From: Octopus vulgaris
Lineage: Eukaryota
Direction: 5' to 3'
DNA length: 64,000 bases
NCBI GenBank assembly: GCA_951406725.2
Contig: OX597837.1
Coordinates: 2,108,001-2,172,000, forward strand
Below, piece after piece: positions 51,690 to 64,000 of the stretch. Both the position numbers and the translations under genes were made by a program. Position 1 is the stretch's first letter; every line of letters begins with the position of its first letter. The notes under the pieces were generated by a model. The model did not search any database, was not told where the DNA came from, and saw only the letters and a list, made by a program, of their open reading frames with translations.

Positions 51690-51979
51690 TCCTCTCTCTG
51701 GTAAATTGCACATTCACTCTATTAACTGTAGAAAGCGGGATCCCAAAGTTTTCTGCGATTTTACGCTGACTATGTCCACCTTCAGAATGACCCAAAATAT
51801 GGCCTCTTTAATATTCAGACAGTTCCAAGGCTTCTTTTATACATGACATGATTAAACAGTCACATATAGAGCAAGAGACATAAAAATGTCAATTAATAAA
51901 AAGATATAAACCTTTACAAGTAGAAGAAACATAAAACGATGCTTTATTGGTGTCTATTAACTTTTGTCGTGAGTGTGTA
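51690..51979 (-). mobile_element. Tc1-like transposon left end (TIR and transposase N-terminal HTH)
   Basis: Minus strand begins 'TA-CACACTCACGACAAAAGTTAATAGACACC' and encodes '[36 protein letters not shown]' (Tc1 paired-like HTH). Confidence 0.78.
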
Positions 51980-52307
51980 CATAAATATAATATAACATGA
52001 TGAAGGAAGATATCAGGCTTTAATAGTGGAACACAACAATTGTTATTGCACCGAACACCAGCTTTCAGTTGCAGAGTTTATGCATAAACTTACCAACATA
52101 AAGCTATTGTACAGTGCAGAAACAAATGTTGAGACTATTATCAACGTCTAATGTCCTCCATCAACGCGTTACATTACCCTTGTATTAATGATATGCAAAG
52201 CGGAGTTCCGCATTTGTACCCAGCCCTGCAATATACACGGCTGTGGGAAAACATATGGTAGCCAAGTAATGACATAAGAAGTTCACTATATACATGCCAT
52301 CCTGATG

Positions 52308-52339
<32 letters not shown>

Positions 52340-52341
<2 letters not shown>

Positions 52342-54195
52342 TCAATAAATGGTGGGGTTGTGTTGACCGCACGTGGAGAAATGATAAGCAATGAAAAATT
52401 GTAAAAATGCAGAATGCTAAATTGAAAGAAAATTTTTATGAAATGAGAAATTGATAAAATATATAAATATATATTTATTCAAAGCGGTTTTCGTCATAGT
52501 TTGACTTATCAAGAATAGTTAGGTAAAAAAGTTTTTTAAAAATGAGAAAGGGGAATAAAAGTTGCATTGTTTTTTGCAAAAGGTTAATAATAAATATGTA
52601 TAAAAATTTAAAACAAAGTACTCCGATACATTGTGAGTTCGTTGTGTATCTTGAGTTTAATGATTGCTCACGAAAAAATTACCTTGAGGTATTAGGATCC
52701 AATGGGATTAAGGCCATGTGTTGTTTGGTTTAATTTAGGATGTTGGCAAAACAGGAAGTAGTAGTAATTGTGGTTCTTCAGTTCCTGTGTTGTGAATAAG
52801 GGGAGACAACTCTTTTGAGTTCTTCAATAAAGGCTGCTGATAAACCCCAAATTATAAAATTATCATTTTAGCTTCATTTGCATTATCTTTTTTATATAAT
52901 TGTTTGTTAACTTAACTTTCAGATTTTAACACTTTATTTATATTATTTTCTAATTATATAAATTTGCATAGACAATTACATTTCAGATTGTTATATCATA
53001 TATAATAAAAATGATAGTAATAACAACAATAGTAAAAATGATATTTAAAGAATATAAGTTTTAGCTTGAAGTGATGAATGCATGGTATCCTTATATATTC
53101 GTGTTAGTCCATCCATGAAGAATGAGGTAGAAAAAGGAAGTTTGATCAACGAGGAGTTTGCATATTAAGTTGTGTTTGGAATTTTTCAATAAAGAGATTC
53201 TCCTTGTTAATTCTCTCCTGTGTGGTGATCCCGTCTTTACATTGGTAGAAGGGGAATATATAGAATTTGGGGTTTAAGTCTTTAGCGCATGAGTCTATGT
53301 GGTCACTCAGTGGAATTTGTCGGTATTCCGAGAGATTTATTTGTTCTTTATGCACCGCTACTCGTTTACGTAACGAGAGACTCGTTTGTCCAACATAATT
53401 ATGTTGGCAACCAGCGCATGTGAGAACGTAGATAAGGTTCTCGGAGGAACAGGCGAAGTTAGTCTTGATTTTAAACTTCGTACCTTGTTTGAAGGTAAAT
53501 TCAGAGCCTTCAAGTAGGAAGGGGCGGTACCACAGTTTGGGCGTGCACATTATTTTACTGTTGGGGGTGGATGTGGTGTGTGAAGTTTGGCATTTGTCAA
53601 GAGTTTTTTTAAAGATTTGTGTTGTCTTTTACATTTGAGGATTTTGTGTGTATTTATAATGTTTTTTATTTTTGGGTCTGTTGACAGTAGACTGAGGTTT
53701 TGTGTGATTGTGGTGTATGCTTCGATATTTTTGGGGTTGTGGGTGGAAATGTATGGAAGTATTTTGAGGTTGTGTGTGGTGTTAGGTTGGGTGGTTTTCA
53801 GTGTAATGTTATCTAGTTCTTTGGCGCGTTTTATTCCATACTCTATAAGGGTGGAGGGATATTGGCGTTGTAATAGTGTTTTTTTGAGGTCTTGAAGGCG
53901 TATTTCTCGTGTTTTTGGATCCGAGACAATGGTGCATACACTTTTAGCTAAATTGAAAGGGATATTTGTCTTGGTGTGTTTTGGATGGCATGAACTAAAG
54001 AGGAGGTATTGTTGTGAGTCTGTAGGTTTGTGGTAGATGTCTGTTATGATTTGGTTCTTAGGCGTTTTTATAATTAGGAGATCAAGGAATGGGAGATGAT
54101 GTTTGCTTAATTCCATAGTGAATTGGATGTTGGGATGTATGTTGTTTAGTGTGGTTTTGAATTCCAGGAGTTTTTCATAAGGTTCTTTCCATATG
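52340..54195 (-). mobile_element. Penelope-like element (Neptune-like), 5'-truncated
   Basis: ORF 53550..54116: 'LPFLDLLI', 'TDIYHKPTDSQQYL..SSCHPKHTKTNIPFNLA'. ORF 53146..53550: 'FACSSENLIYVLTCAGCQHNYVGQT..LRKRVAVH'. Related to 32058-33614; bounded by microsatellites. Confidence 0.93.
52476..52517 (-). ncRNA. Degenerate HHR in PLE 3' pseudo-LTR
   Basis: Minus strand: tattc TTGATAA gtca-aacta-tgac GAAA accgc ttt gaata; stems I and II intact, core mutated. Confidence 0.5.
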
Positions 54196-54199
54196 ATGA

Positions 54200-54261
<62 letters not shown>

Positions 54262-54265
<4 letters not shown>

Positions 54266-54381
54266 TTCAGGAGTGGCTGTGTGGTGACAAGCTTGCTTCC
54301 TAACAACATGGATCTGGGTTAGGTTCCACTGTGTGGTACGCAGGGCACCTTGTGAGTGGATGTGGGAGACGGAAACTGAAA

Positions 54382-54385
<4 letters not shown>
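54262..54385 (+). mobile_element. SINE family B head fragment
   Basis: 'caggagtggctgtgtggtgacaagcttgcttcc...ccttgtgagtggatgtgggagacggaaactgaaagaa'. Confidence 0.75.
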
Positions 54386-54417
<32 letters not shown>

Positions 54418-54520
54418 TAATAATTATTATTTGAGGGAATATTAATCCTAACTTACAGGGAAAAATTCAAATTAGAAATACTAAATCAAATTTCACACAA
54501 TATAATATATATAAATAAGA

Positions 54521-54821
54521 ATTAGAAAAAAAACACGTTTTATTAATTCAAAATGAACAATTAAATTACACCATCTAGAAAATTACATATAATAGAAATA
54601 TTAAAATTAAATTAACAATAATATACCGATGATTAAGTAAATTGCAAAAAAATAAATAATAATAATAAAAACGTATATAAATATATACGTTTTTATCATT
54701 TTTTTGCTATTTACTTAATATATTATTGTTATTTTAATTTTAATATCTCTATCATATGTAATTTTCTAGATTGTAATTTAATTGTTAATTTTAAATTGAT
54801 AAAAGGTGTTTTTTTTCTAAT
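54521..54821. repeat. ~300-bp AT-rich fold-back centred near 54680
   Basis: 'aaaaacgtatata-aa-tatatacgttttt' at the centre; pairing continues outward (tctagaaaattacatat/atatgtaattttctaga; attagaaaaaaaacac/gtgttttttttctaat). Confidence 0.88.
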
Positions 54822-54995
54822 TTATATATATATATATATATATTGAAATAGAAAGATGAATTTTCTTGTAACAGATTATTCAAAGGTTTAACCGATACCT
54901 GGGTAGCAAAAATCACAGCGGAAAACAGCATGGAGATAAGACCATTTGGTGTTGCAACCGTGCGTTAGATAATTGAAGTTTAATATTATTAGTGA

Positions 54996-55196
54996 ATGGA
55001 ATAAATGGAGTTGAACGAAGATTGTACAGAATACCTTTTATTACATTCTACACATGTTTCGAAGGCCACAAATTTCCAAATTCTGTTTAAAAAGGTACCA
55101 TATTGCTTTCTTTCAGGAAAAAAAAAACAAGAATTCCGTTCAAAATATGAGTAGAATGTAATAAAAGATATTCTGTATCTTCGTTATCCATTTATT

Positions 55197-55200
<4 letters not shown>
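54996..55200. repeat. Inverted repeat (~55-bp arms) enclosing a degenerate HHR
   Basis: 54996-55051 versus 55151-55200; minus strand ttc CTGAAA gaaagc...gccttc GAAAC atgt GTA gaa. Confidence 0.7.
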
Positions 55201-55238
<38 letters not shown>

Positions 55239-55240
55239 CA

Positions 55241-55271
<31 letters not shown>

Positions 55272-55388
55272 TTGTGTGTGTGTGTATCGGTATATGATTT
55301 TTTGTTTGTGTGTGTTTGTCTCTCTACCATCACTTGGCAACCGATGTTGCTGTGTTTACATTCCCGTACAAAGAATAAATACAGTCGT

Positions 55389-55473
<85 letters not shown>

Positions 55474-55619
55474 ATATATATATAAGAATAAGATCGTTAA
55501 TTAAAATACCGATCATATCATTTTGCTAGCATAAGAATAAAAACCTCATAGGTAATAATTGTTATTAAAATTATAATTAAGGGTATGTAAAAGATACCAT
55601 CATACTAGGTATAGCAGTC

Positions 55620-55698
55620 ATAGCTTGACTCTAAACCACATCAAATATTCATACAGCACCAGGAGAATATTTCGTGTGGTTTTAGAGTCAAGTTATGT
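55620..55698. repeat. Short fold-back
   Basis: 'atagcttgactctaaaccacatcaaatattc' / 'gaatatttcgtgtggttttagagtcaagttat'. Confidence 0.8.
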
Positions 55699-56153
55699 TT
55701 ATATATGACTACATATATATATATAGTCGCTTGTGCGTCCTCGGGTGTCTTTTGGGGTCAGCATTGGCATAGAATCCATGGTCATAGTAGGGGCACAGAA
55801 GAAGAGACTCAAGAATCGGCGAAAGTCCTGCTTTCCTCTGTGAAGTTCTCTCCTCTTCAGTTTTCTCTAATTAATTCTGATTTTGAATGTTGAATTCCAG
55901 AGTCTACGCAGAAATTCGCAACCAGCGATCTTGCGCCGGAGATTCACGAGCAGGCAGTTGCATGTGTGTGTTTATGTATCCGCGTGTGTTTGTGCGCGCG
56001 CGCAAACTTTAAACATAATTATGGTTTCTGTGAATATATATGTGTTCTATTTTTATATAAACACCTTGATTGACTCTCGGTTCATTTGGTTTATATTTAT
56101 TCCCCCCACAACACACGCACGCACACGCACATATACATAGACATAATACATAC

Positions 56154-56223
<70 letters not shown>

Positions 56224-56264
56224 GTATATATATGTATATATATGTATATATATGTATATATATG

Positions 56265-56361
<97 letters not shown>

Positions 56362-56646
56362 CATTTGCAGAGAGAGACAGAGGGGGGTAGAGAGAGACAT
56401 ATTGCACTATCAGAGCCTGGAAACATCACCAGCAGCACTAAACATTATTAACGATATAAAACGGTAATTTGGCAACCATTTTGAAAATAAATTTCATCAA
56501 AGAATATTTACTTTATCAAAAACATTTGACCATAACAGACAACCTCGCCAGTTTTTAAACATAAAAACTATTTATATATTGCTTTATTCAGGCTACTTTC
56601 CTATCTTTAATATTTTATATTATTATTATTATTATTATTATTATTA

Positions 56647-56714
<68 letters not shown>

Positions 56715-57010
56715 GTTATTGTTATTATAATTATTATTATTTATATTTTGTTAAAACTTTATTTTAGTCTGTCTTTCACGGACTCTCTCTTCATCTCACT
56801 CTCTCCATACACACACAGACACGCACACACACATACACACACACACATATATGCGTGTATCCATATTCTATATGGATATCTGTGTATATTTTTCTATGCA
56901 TGTGTGTATGTGTGAATCTGCCAGAATATGTGTGAGAGTATTTACGTCTTGCCTGTGTATATTTTTATAAATGTATCATACATATATATATACATATATA
57001 TAATTATATA

Positions 57011-57046
<36 letters not shown>

Positions 57047-57392
57047 TGTATGGTATATCTGTATATGTAAATCTATGTATGAATATACGTTTATCTATAT
57101 ATCTATATGTATATGTGTGTATTCATAATAATGAATTTCCTTATATCCAATAAATGATAGTAGTAATAACGATGATATTGTTGACGAAGACGAGGAAGAT
57201 AATATTGATGAAGATGATGATGATGAGGAGGAGGAGTAAAATGATGTAGATTATGATAATGAAGATGCATGTTATCGCACTTCTTCCTTTTCTCTCACTT
57301 CTCCTTCTGCTTTTTTTTCGTATCATCATCATCATCATCATCATTATCACCATCATCTTTAGTAGCATAATAATTATTGTTACTCCTCGCAG

Positions 57393-57559
57393 ACCGAATA
57401 GAAAACACCAGCTTCGAATCCATACAGAGCACGATCATCAGACAAGAACAGAAAATTCTACGACACTACATTAATGCTTTACCGCAGCTCACTATCCAGC
57501 ATGGAATGGCTCACCACCGGAGCATTCCAACAACTTACTGGAAATGTGAAACATCATGA
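57393..57559 (+). CDS. Candidate terminal exon of an unidentified gene (weak)
   Basis: Acceptor-like 'ttgttactcctcgcag|' followed by non-repetitive open frame 'RIENTSFESIQSTIIRQEQKILRHYINALPQLTIQHGMAHHRSIPTTYWKCETS*'; no family recognised. Confidence 0.2.
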
Positions 57560-58770
57560 AATTGCAGCAACATTTTGGTACAGAAGCACTAACAAGAGAA
57601 CACTGTCTTTCGCCTTTAACAAACATTGGTCAATGGACTAACCCAGCCGGTAATATCGATGGGAATGCAGCGTCTATATGGAACAGACCAAGTACTGCAC
57701 TAGATACGCAAAACCAAGGATTTCTTTCAAAAAATTCTTCATAAAACCCGACCTCAAAATCTATATCTGTGCTTTTGTGGATGTTTGCGCACGTTTCTGC
57801 AAGTGCTTAGCTTCGCCTGTCGATGTGTGTGTATGCGTAAGTGTGTAAGCGTGTGTACTTCTGGGCGTGTTGCTCATGTTTGTGTTTATATGTGTGTGTG
57901 TGTGTGTGTGTGTATTTGTATTTTTTGTGAGCGCGTGTGTTTGGGGTGTGCATGTGTGTGTAAGTAAGTGTGTACTTGTATGTGTGTGTGTGGGGAGGGT
58001 TCATTGTATTTACGCGTTTGTGAGAGTGTCTGTATGAGCGCACGAGCGTCTACACGCAATCTACGTCACTGTGTGTTTTTCCCATAAAGCATTTTTATTA
58101 CACCATTTAGTTTTAATCACCGATTTGATGTGTTTATCGAACACAAACACACACACACACATATATATACAAGCACACACACGCGCGTACACTCACACGC
58201 AAACACAAACATATAGACATATATACCTTTCTATGCATACCTTTCTATAGATGGGTACTATATTTAAGATTATGTCTATGTGTGTTTGTGTGTGTGTGTG
58301 TGGGAGAACTGTTTACCTATCAATAAATTACCATTACCTAAATATATATATATATATATCGATATATATATATATATATGTTATATATACACACACACAC
58401 ATATATATATATGTGTGTGTATATATTGATAATAAAGTACTTTATAAGTTATTTCTAATACAGTTTTCATATTTAGTAAACAACCACTTAACCGACCTCC
58501 CACTCAAACAGGTATATTTATAGAGATAAAGAGATATATATACATCGATAGGCATATATAGTTATATGTACCTGCATACAAACATATATATATAACATAC
58601 ACACACATATATATATACGTACACATCTGTATATAAATATATGTGTGTGCGTGTGTGTGTATACATACATACACACATATATATGTATGTATATATATAT
58701 ATATATATGTATATAGGAATTTATGTATACATATGTATATATATGTAAGTGTGTGTATAGATTGATATAT

Positions 58771-58821
<51 letters not shown>

Positions 58822-58985
58822 CATATATATTTACAGTCACTGAGAGGTTTTTACGTATGCAATATCGAACATGAGATATTTCATTGTTTCATTATTCAAT
58901 CCTACCCCTTTTAGTACACCCTTTAAAATATGTCAGCAATGTTTTGTGTGTATCTTTTATATATTTATGTGTGTGAGTGAGTGTA

Positions 58986-59017
<32 letters not shown>

Positions 59018-59403
59018 CACACACATACATATTTACATGAAAGTGTGTTTACTTTTGATGTTTGTGTGTACTTAAAATATTCATACATTTTACAGATTTC
59101 ATAAGTTTATTTGTAAATTTCATATAATCAATAGAGTTCGTGTATTTCATTTATTGTCATAAATTTTCTATTTGCTAGATTTCCTAAATATATACCTTTG
59201 ATATCTACGTATATAATGCGTTTATATATTTTAGTTATACCATATGCGTTGTGTGTTTTGCATATTATACACATATATTGTACATATATTTTACATATCA
59301 TTGTTATTCCTTATATAGCTTGTTACATATTATCATATATTTTGTGTCAGTTATTTCTTTTGTACAAATTTTATATTTAAAATGATTTATGTATGTATTA
59401 CAT

Positions 59404-59448
<45 letters not shown>

Positions 59449-59449
<1 letters not shown>

Positions 59450-59962
59450 ATATAGTGTACATTTAAACACATAAGGAATCCACTCGTGGAATTCAACACG
59501 CTAGAAAGAACAGCTAGTTTCTATAACCACAAAAATTAGGGATAAAATTCGACAGGAATGAAACATCTTACCATCAAGTTTCCTGGACCAATTGGTTTCT
59601 GATTTTAGTTTAGCAAGCAAATAATATTTGCTCACGAGATGAAATCGTCCTCAACAGGTACACCTTGGGTTAAATATACAAACAACGAGGCAATCGAACT
59701 ATATGGCTCCCGGTCCAGGAAACTTCATGGTAAAATGTTTTTATTTTCCATTTCGTTCCTGTCGAATTTTATCCCTAATTGTTGTGGTTATAGAACCTAG
59801 CTGTTCTTTCTAGCGTGTTGAATTCCACGAGCAGATTCCTTATGTGTTTAAATGTACACTATATATTGACTAATTCATAGTCTTTTGGGACTAAATTTTT
59901 ACACGTTAGGCTACTGGAAGGGAAAATTTTAATTAATTTTCCATTTCCCTTTGATATGTTTA
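59449..59962. mobile_element. Fold-back element with ~140-150-bp arms between (TA)n tracts
   Basis: 59449-59589 is the reverse complement of 59712-59867; 122-bp spacer; right arm extends ~95 bp to (TA)n. Confidence 0.85.
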
Positions 59963-59963
59963 A

Positions 59964-60037
<74 letters not shown>

Positions 60038-60388
60038 GTAAATATATATACGTATATATATACACGTAAGTATCGAACGATGACAATGACTGTTCAACCC
60101 CGCATTGGGGGATATAATTTCTTTGTTTGTGAATTAAGGTGAATTAAGGCTACCATTGGTTTCATGCTAAGAAAACTAGAAAAATATCCTAGTAATCTAA
60201 CAAATTCTTGAAGCCGATCGCACGAAGGAAGGTGTTCGCCTCCAATTTGGAAAATACAGCTTCGATTAGTATATATACAGAGAAAGAGACAGTGAGAGAG
60301 AGAGAAGGAGAGATAGAGAAAGACAGAGAGAGATGCATACATACATATATACATATATCTGTATGATTGTATATCTATTTTATATATG

Positions 60389-60457
<69 letters not shown>

Positions 60458-60522
60458 TGTATATGTATATGTATATATACACATATATACATTTATATAC
60501 ATATATATCATATGCACACACA

Positions 60523-60721
60523 CGTGGGTGGAGGCTGAAAAAGTTCCTGGCTTTAGGTAAAATAAAATACAGGGTGGTCAATGAGTCATGATTTTATTCA
60601 ATATATACCCCTTCAGATGTACCACTTATTGCAGCGGTCCTCCAGGTTGTGTAGGTCCCTTCAAAGAACTCGAAAAGTTTGCGACAACCTAAAAGTCAGG
60701 ACCTTTTCAGCACCCCTTCGC
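60523..60721. mobile_element. mariner-type MITE
   Basis: TIRs 'gggtggaggctgaaaaagttcctggcttt' / 'aaagtcaggaccttttcagcacccc'. Confidence 0.75.
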
Positions 60722-60737
60722 GTGTGTGTATACATAC

Positions 60738-60838
<101 letters not shown>

Positions 60839-61199
60839 AATATATATATATGCAGAGAGAGACAGGCTGATTGGGAAAATGTTAATTATGACCGGTTCGT
60901 AGTGTTACCCAGGTTTTGTGTCCATAAAGCTCCTATCTTTACACATTTTGGAGGGAGCTTATAGGCCACCGGCAATTAAGGTCTGGTGAGACGCATGTAA
61001 AGCTTAGCGCTTTATCGACGCGAAATCTGCCATGACTGAATTTTTAAAAGTATTCTACTGCTCTATAACTTAGAATATGCTTCTTTTTCGGATTTATGAT
61101 TTACTGGGGATATATGTACATATCTTTATCTATTTCTGTCTATCTATACAGATGTGTGAGTGTTTGTTTGTGTGTCTATGTGTGTGTATTAATATACAT

Positions 61200-61559
61200 A
61201 TATGTAATATAATAAATGCGAAAACTAATTCCTGTGTGTCAGTGTGTCACACTTTTTCAACTTTACTCCTAGAGGCCATAGCCCAACATATCATGCCATT
61301 TTGGAATCCGAACCTGCATTCCTGAAATTATGGATGCTTATGTTTTCATTATTGCGATTGTCCTCGACGATTTTTTTTCACGTGATTTTTAGCGATGAAT
61401 ATTATCATTATTGGGATATGACTCTGGAGGAAGCAATTGCAGCAAATTCTCCAAAACAAGTCAGAGATCTGTTTGCAGATCTTCCCATTCGGGGTTTGTT
61501 GCTTAGAAGCTACATACTGGCTGAAAAGCCGCCGCTCGATAGGGCGGCTTTTAAGCTAG
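61200..61559 (+). mobile_element. Non-autonomous Helitron carrying a RepHel fragment
   Basis: 3' hairpin aaaagccgcc-gctcgatag-ggcggctttt then CTAG|T (61556-61560); internal 'HYWDMTLEEAIAANSPKQVRDLFA', compared with Helitron 'HWDxTLxEA...P.QLRxLFA'; 5' end approximate. Confidence 0.85.
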
Positions 61560-61769
61560 TACACACACACACATATATATATATATTGGCCTGCTCGCTT
61601 AACCAGCGGGGTGCCGTCACTTGATGGCTAAAACAATGCGAAGTTCATTGTGACCAGCGATGTGTAGCAACATCTGATAGCCTGGTCGGTCACGTAATAT
61701 AATATATATACATGCATATATACATACGTATATGTACATATTTACTTCTATACGTATATATATAAGTAT

Positions 61770-61985
61770 ATGTAGGCACAGGACTTCATGAAACATGTAC
61801 AACAACAAAAATGCCAAGTACGAGTACATGGATACATGAATTATTCTTTCGAGCAACGAAAGACACAAATGGAAAACAAAACAAACAACATAAAGAACAA
61901 CCCTTCATCAGTCGTTGGCTGTTTTTCTAGTCTCGTATTTCGAGCATTTAACAAGATGCGCTTTCCATAAAACAGTTGCTCCCAC
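61770..61985 (-). mobile_element. Unclassified repeat-like insert between TA-rich tracts
   Basis: Carries 'ctgatgaaggg' on the minus strand but no complete HHR fold; bounded by microsatellites. Confidence 0.3.
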
Positions 61986-63255
61986 TTATTATATAAGTGA
62001 ACGCCATGCATCCTCTTCCAGGTAAGTTTTATCTCTCTCTATATATATATATATTCTGACACACACATATATACATATAAATACATACATATATATATAT
62101 ATGCACATATATATGTGTGTATATGCATATTATTTTATGATATATATGGAGTATTTTTCTATTGTATAGATGTCCCATGCATATTCTGAATTTCATATCT
62201 ATATTTATCGTATATCAATATATTTTCTATATTTACACTGTATCACATTTTGCATATATTATATAAAATATATATCGACCCCGGTACTTGAGTGGTACTT
62301 TATCTTATCAACCCACGATGATAATTATGTCGATGGCAACGACAATGATGATTATAATCATGAGGAGGGGAGGAGGGGAAGAGGAGGAAGAAGAGGAGGA
62401 GGAGGAAACGATCATTCTTATGGCTCCGATGGTGATGGAGATGGTGAGAACGTGGGTTGGGAAGAAGATGAGAGGAAGAAGGGAGGACGTTGAGGAAGAA
62501 GAGGACGTGAAAGACAAAGAGGAAGGAGATGGAGGTGGATGAAGAAAGAATAAAAATAAGGAACAGAAGAAGAAGAACAACAACAACAACAACAAGAATA
62601 TGAACAAGAACAACAACAACAATACTTTAAACCGTTAAGCTTTCACATGTCTTTGTTTCTGTTGTTGGCGCTATTTTCGTTGTCGTCTTTGTCTGCTGCT
62701 GCTGCTGCTGCTGTCGTTGTTGCTTCTGCTTCTGCCGCGCAGTTGTTGTTGTCGTTATTGTTGTTAATATCCCTGTTGTCTTATCGTCTGTTATCCCTCA
62801 ATCTCTTATACGTCTTCACTGTCATATTTACTCTTCAATGTTTATCCTCCTTTATTGTTGTTATCGTTGCTGCTCCAACTCTTTTCATTTTTTATACATA
62901 TTTGATTTTTTTTTTCCTTAAAATTTAATTTATTTTTGCTTCATCTTTATGATTTTTAATGTTCAGTCTTTTATATACAGAAATATCCCCCCCTCCTAAA
63001 ATATTTTATACAAAACTAGGTTATTGTTGTTGACGCTGATTTTGTTGATGCTGTTTACTATTTTCTTTCATCTCTCCAACTTCCACCATTTTCTTTTTCA
63101 ACTTCGTTCCATTTTTAGTTTGTTCTTCATGTCCTTGTTATCGTTCATTTCATTATTATGCTTGTATTTTATTTTATTTAACACCCACAATTTTGTAGTT
63201 TCATTTTCGCTTTGAAGATGGGAACCATTCCGACGGCGACAATAATAATAATAAC

Positions 63256-63310
<55 letters not shown>

Positions 63311-63659
63311 TTGTTACTGTTATTGCTGTCGTTGTTGTTCTTTCTGCTGGCTTTGGTTTTACTGTTGTTGTTGTTGTTGCTGTTGGTAGTTAATCCCAGT
63401 TAATCAGAGATGGATCCTGATCAGACAGTCTTATCTCAGAAGGAGTTCCAGCCGTGACAATACCGTCAGTTTATCATGAAGATGACGTCGTGAAGCTTTA
63501 GCAATATTAATTAATAATGATTAAAGGAATATTGATGATCAAACAGAATGAAAGAAACTCGGAGAAAAATTATGAAAGAAACCTTCATTAAAAACACATT
63601 AAACAAAGAAGGCCGTTGTACTTTTAATGTTTGTCTAACACCAAACCATACATACATAC

Positions 63660-63759
<100 letters not shown>

Positions 63760-64000
63760 GTATATGGGTGGGGGTGTAATTTTTAATCTAAAATGTCTTC
63801 ATTCAAATATTCTGACAGTGTCAAGAAATCTTTGAAAAACCGTTTATATATCAGTGTGTGACAAGATATAGATGGAGAGTGGGGGGGGGGGGAGATGTGC
63901 GCAAGTGCGTTTGTGTGTGTGTATACATATACAAAATAAAGTTATTTTTTTCCACACGGGTAGAAATATAAAGAAAATAGGTGTTGAAACTGCACTGAGA

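Overview
AT-rich, microsatellite-saturated eukaryotic DNA. The tRNA-derived SINE families, (TA)n/(TAA)n arrays and transposon mix point to an octopus-type cephalopod genome (inference). No intact host gene is supported, and nearly all ORFs in the track are microsatellite artefacts. Identifiable content: decayed RLE-type non-LTR retrotransposons (Dong/R4-like in (TAA)n arrays, HERO-like, CRE-like), Tx1/L1-like 3' ends, four Penelope-like element (PLE) fragments with RT and/or GIY-YIG domains, Tc1/mariner/pogo remnants and MITEs, a non-autonomous Helitron, a Helentron-type element, and about 35 SINE copies. The most notable pattern is a set of short, non-coding, fold-back elements embedded in (TA)n tracts. 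They look like PLE pseudo-LTR derivatives, and several carry type I hammerhead ribozyme (HHR) motifs, sometimes on both strands. One near-canonical HHR lies at 17749-17793 (-), inside a 341-bp unit bounded by direct repeats. Repeat boundaries were read by eye and are approximate.
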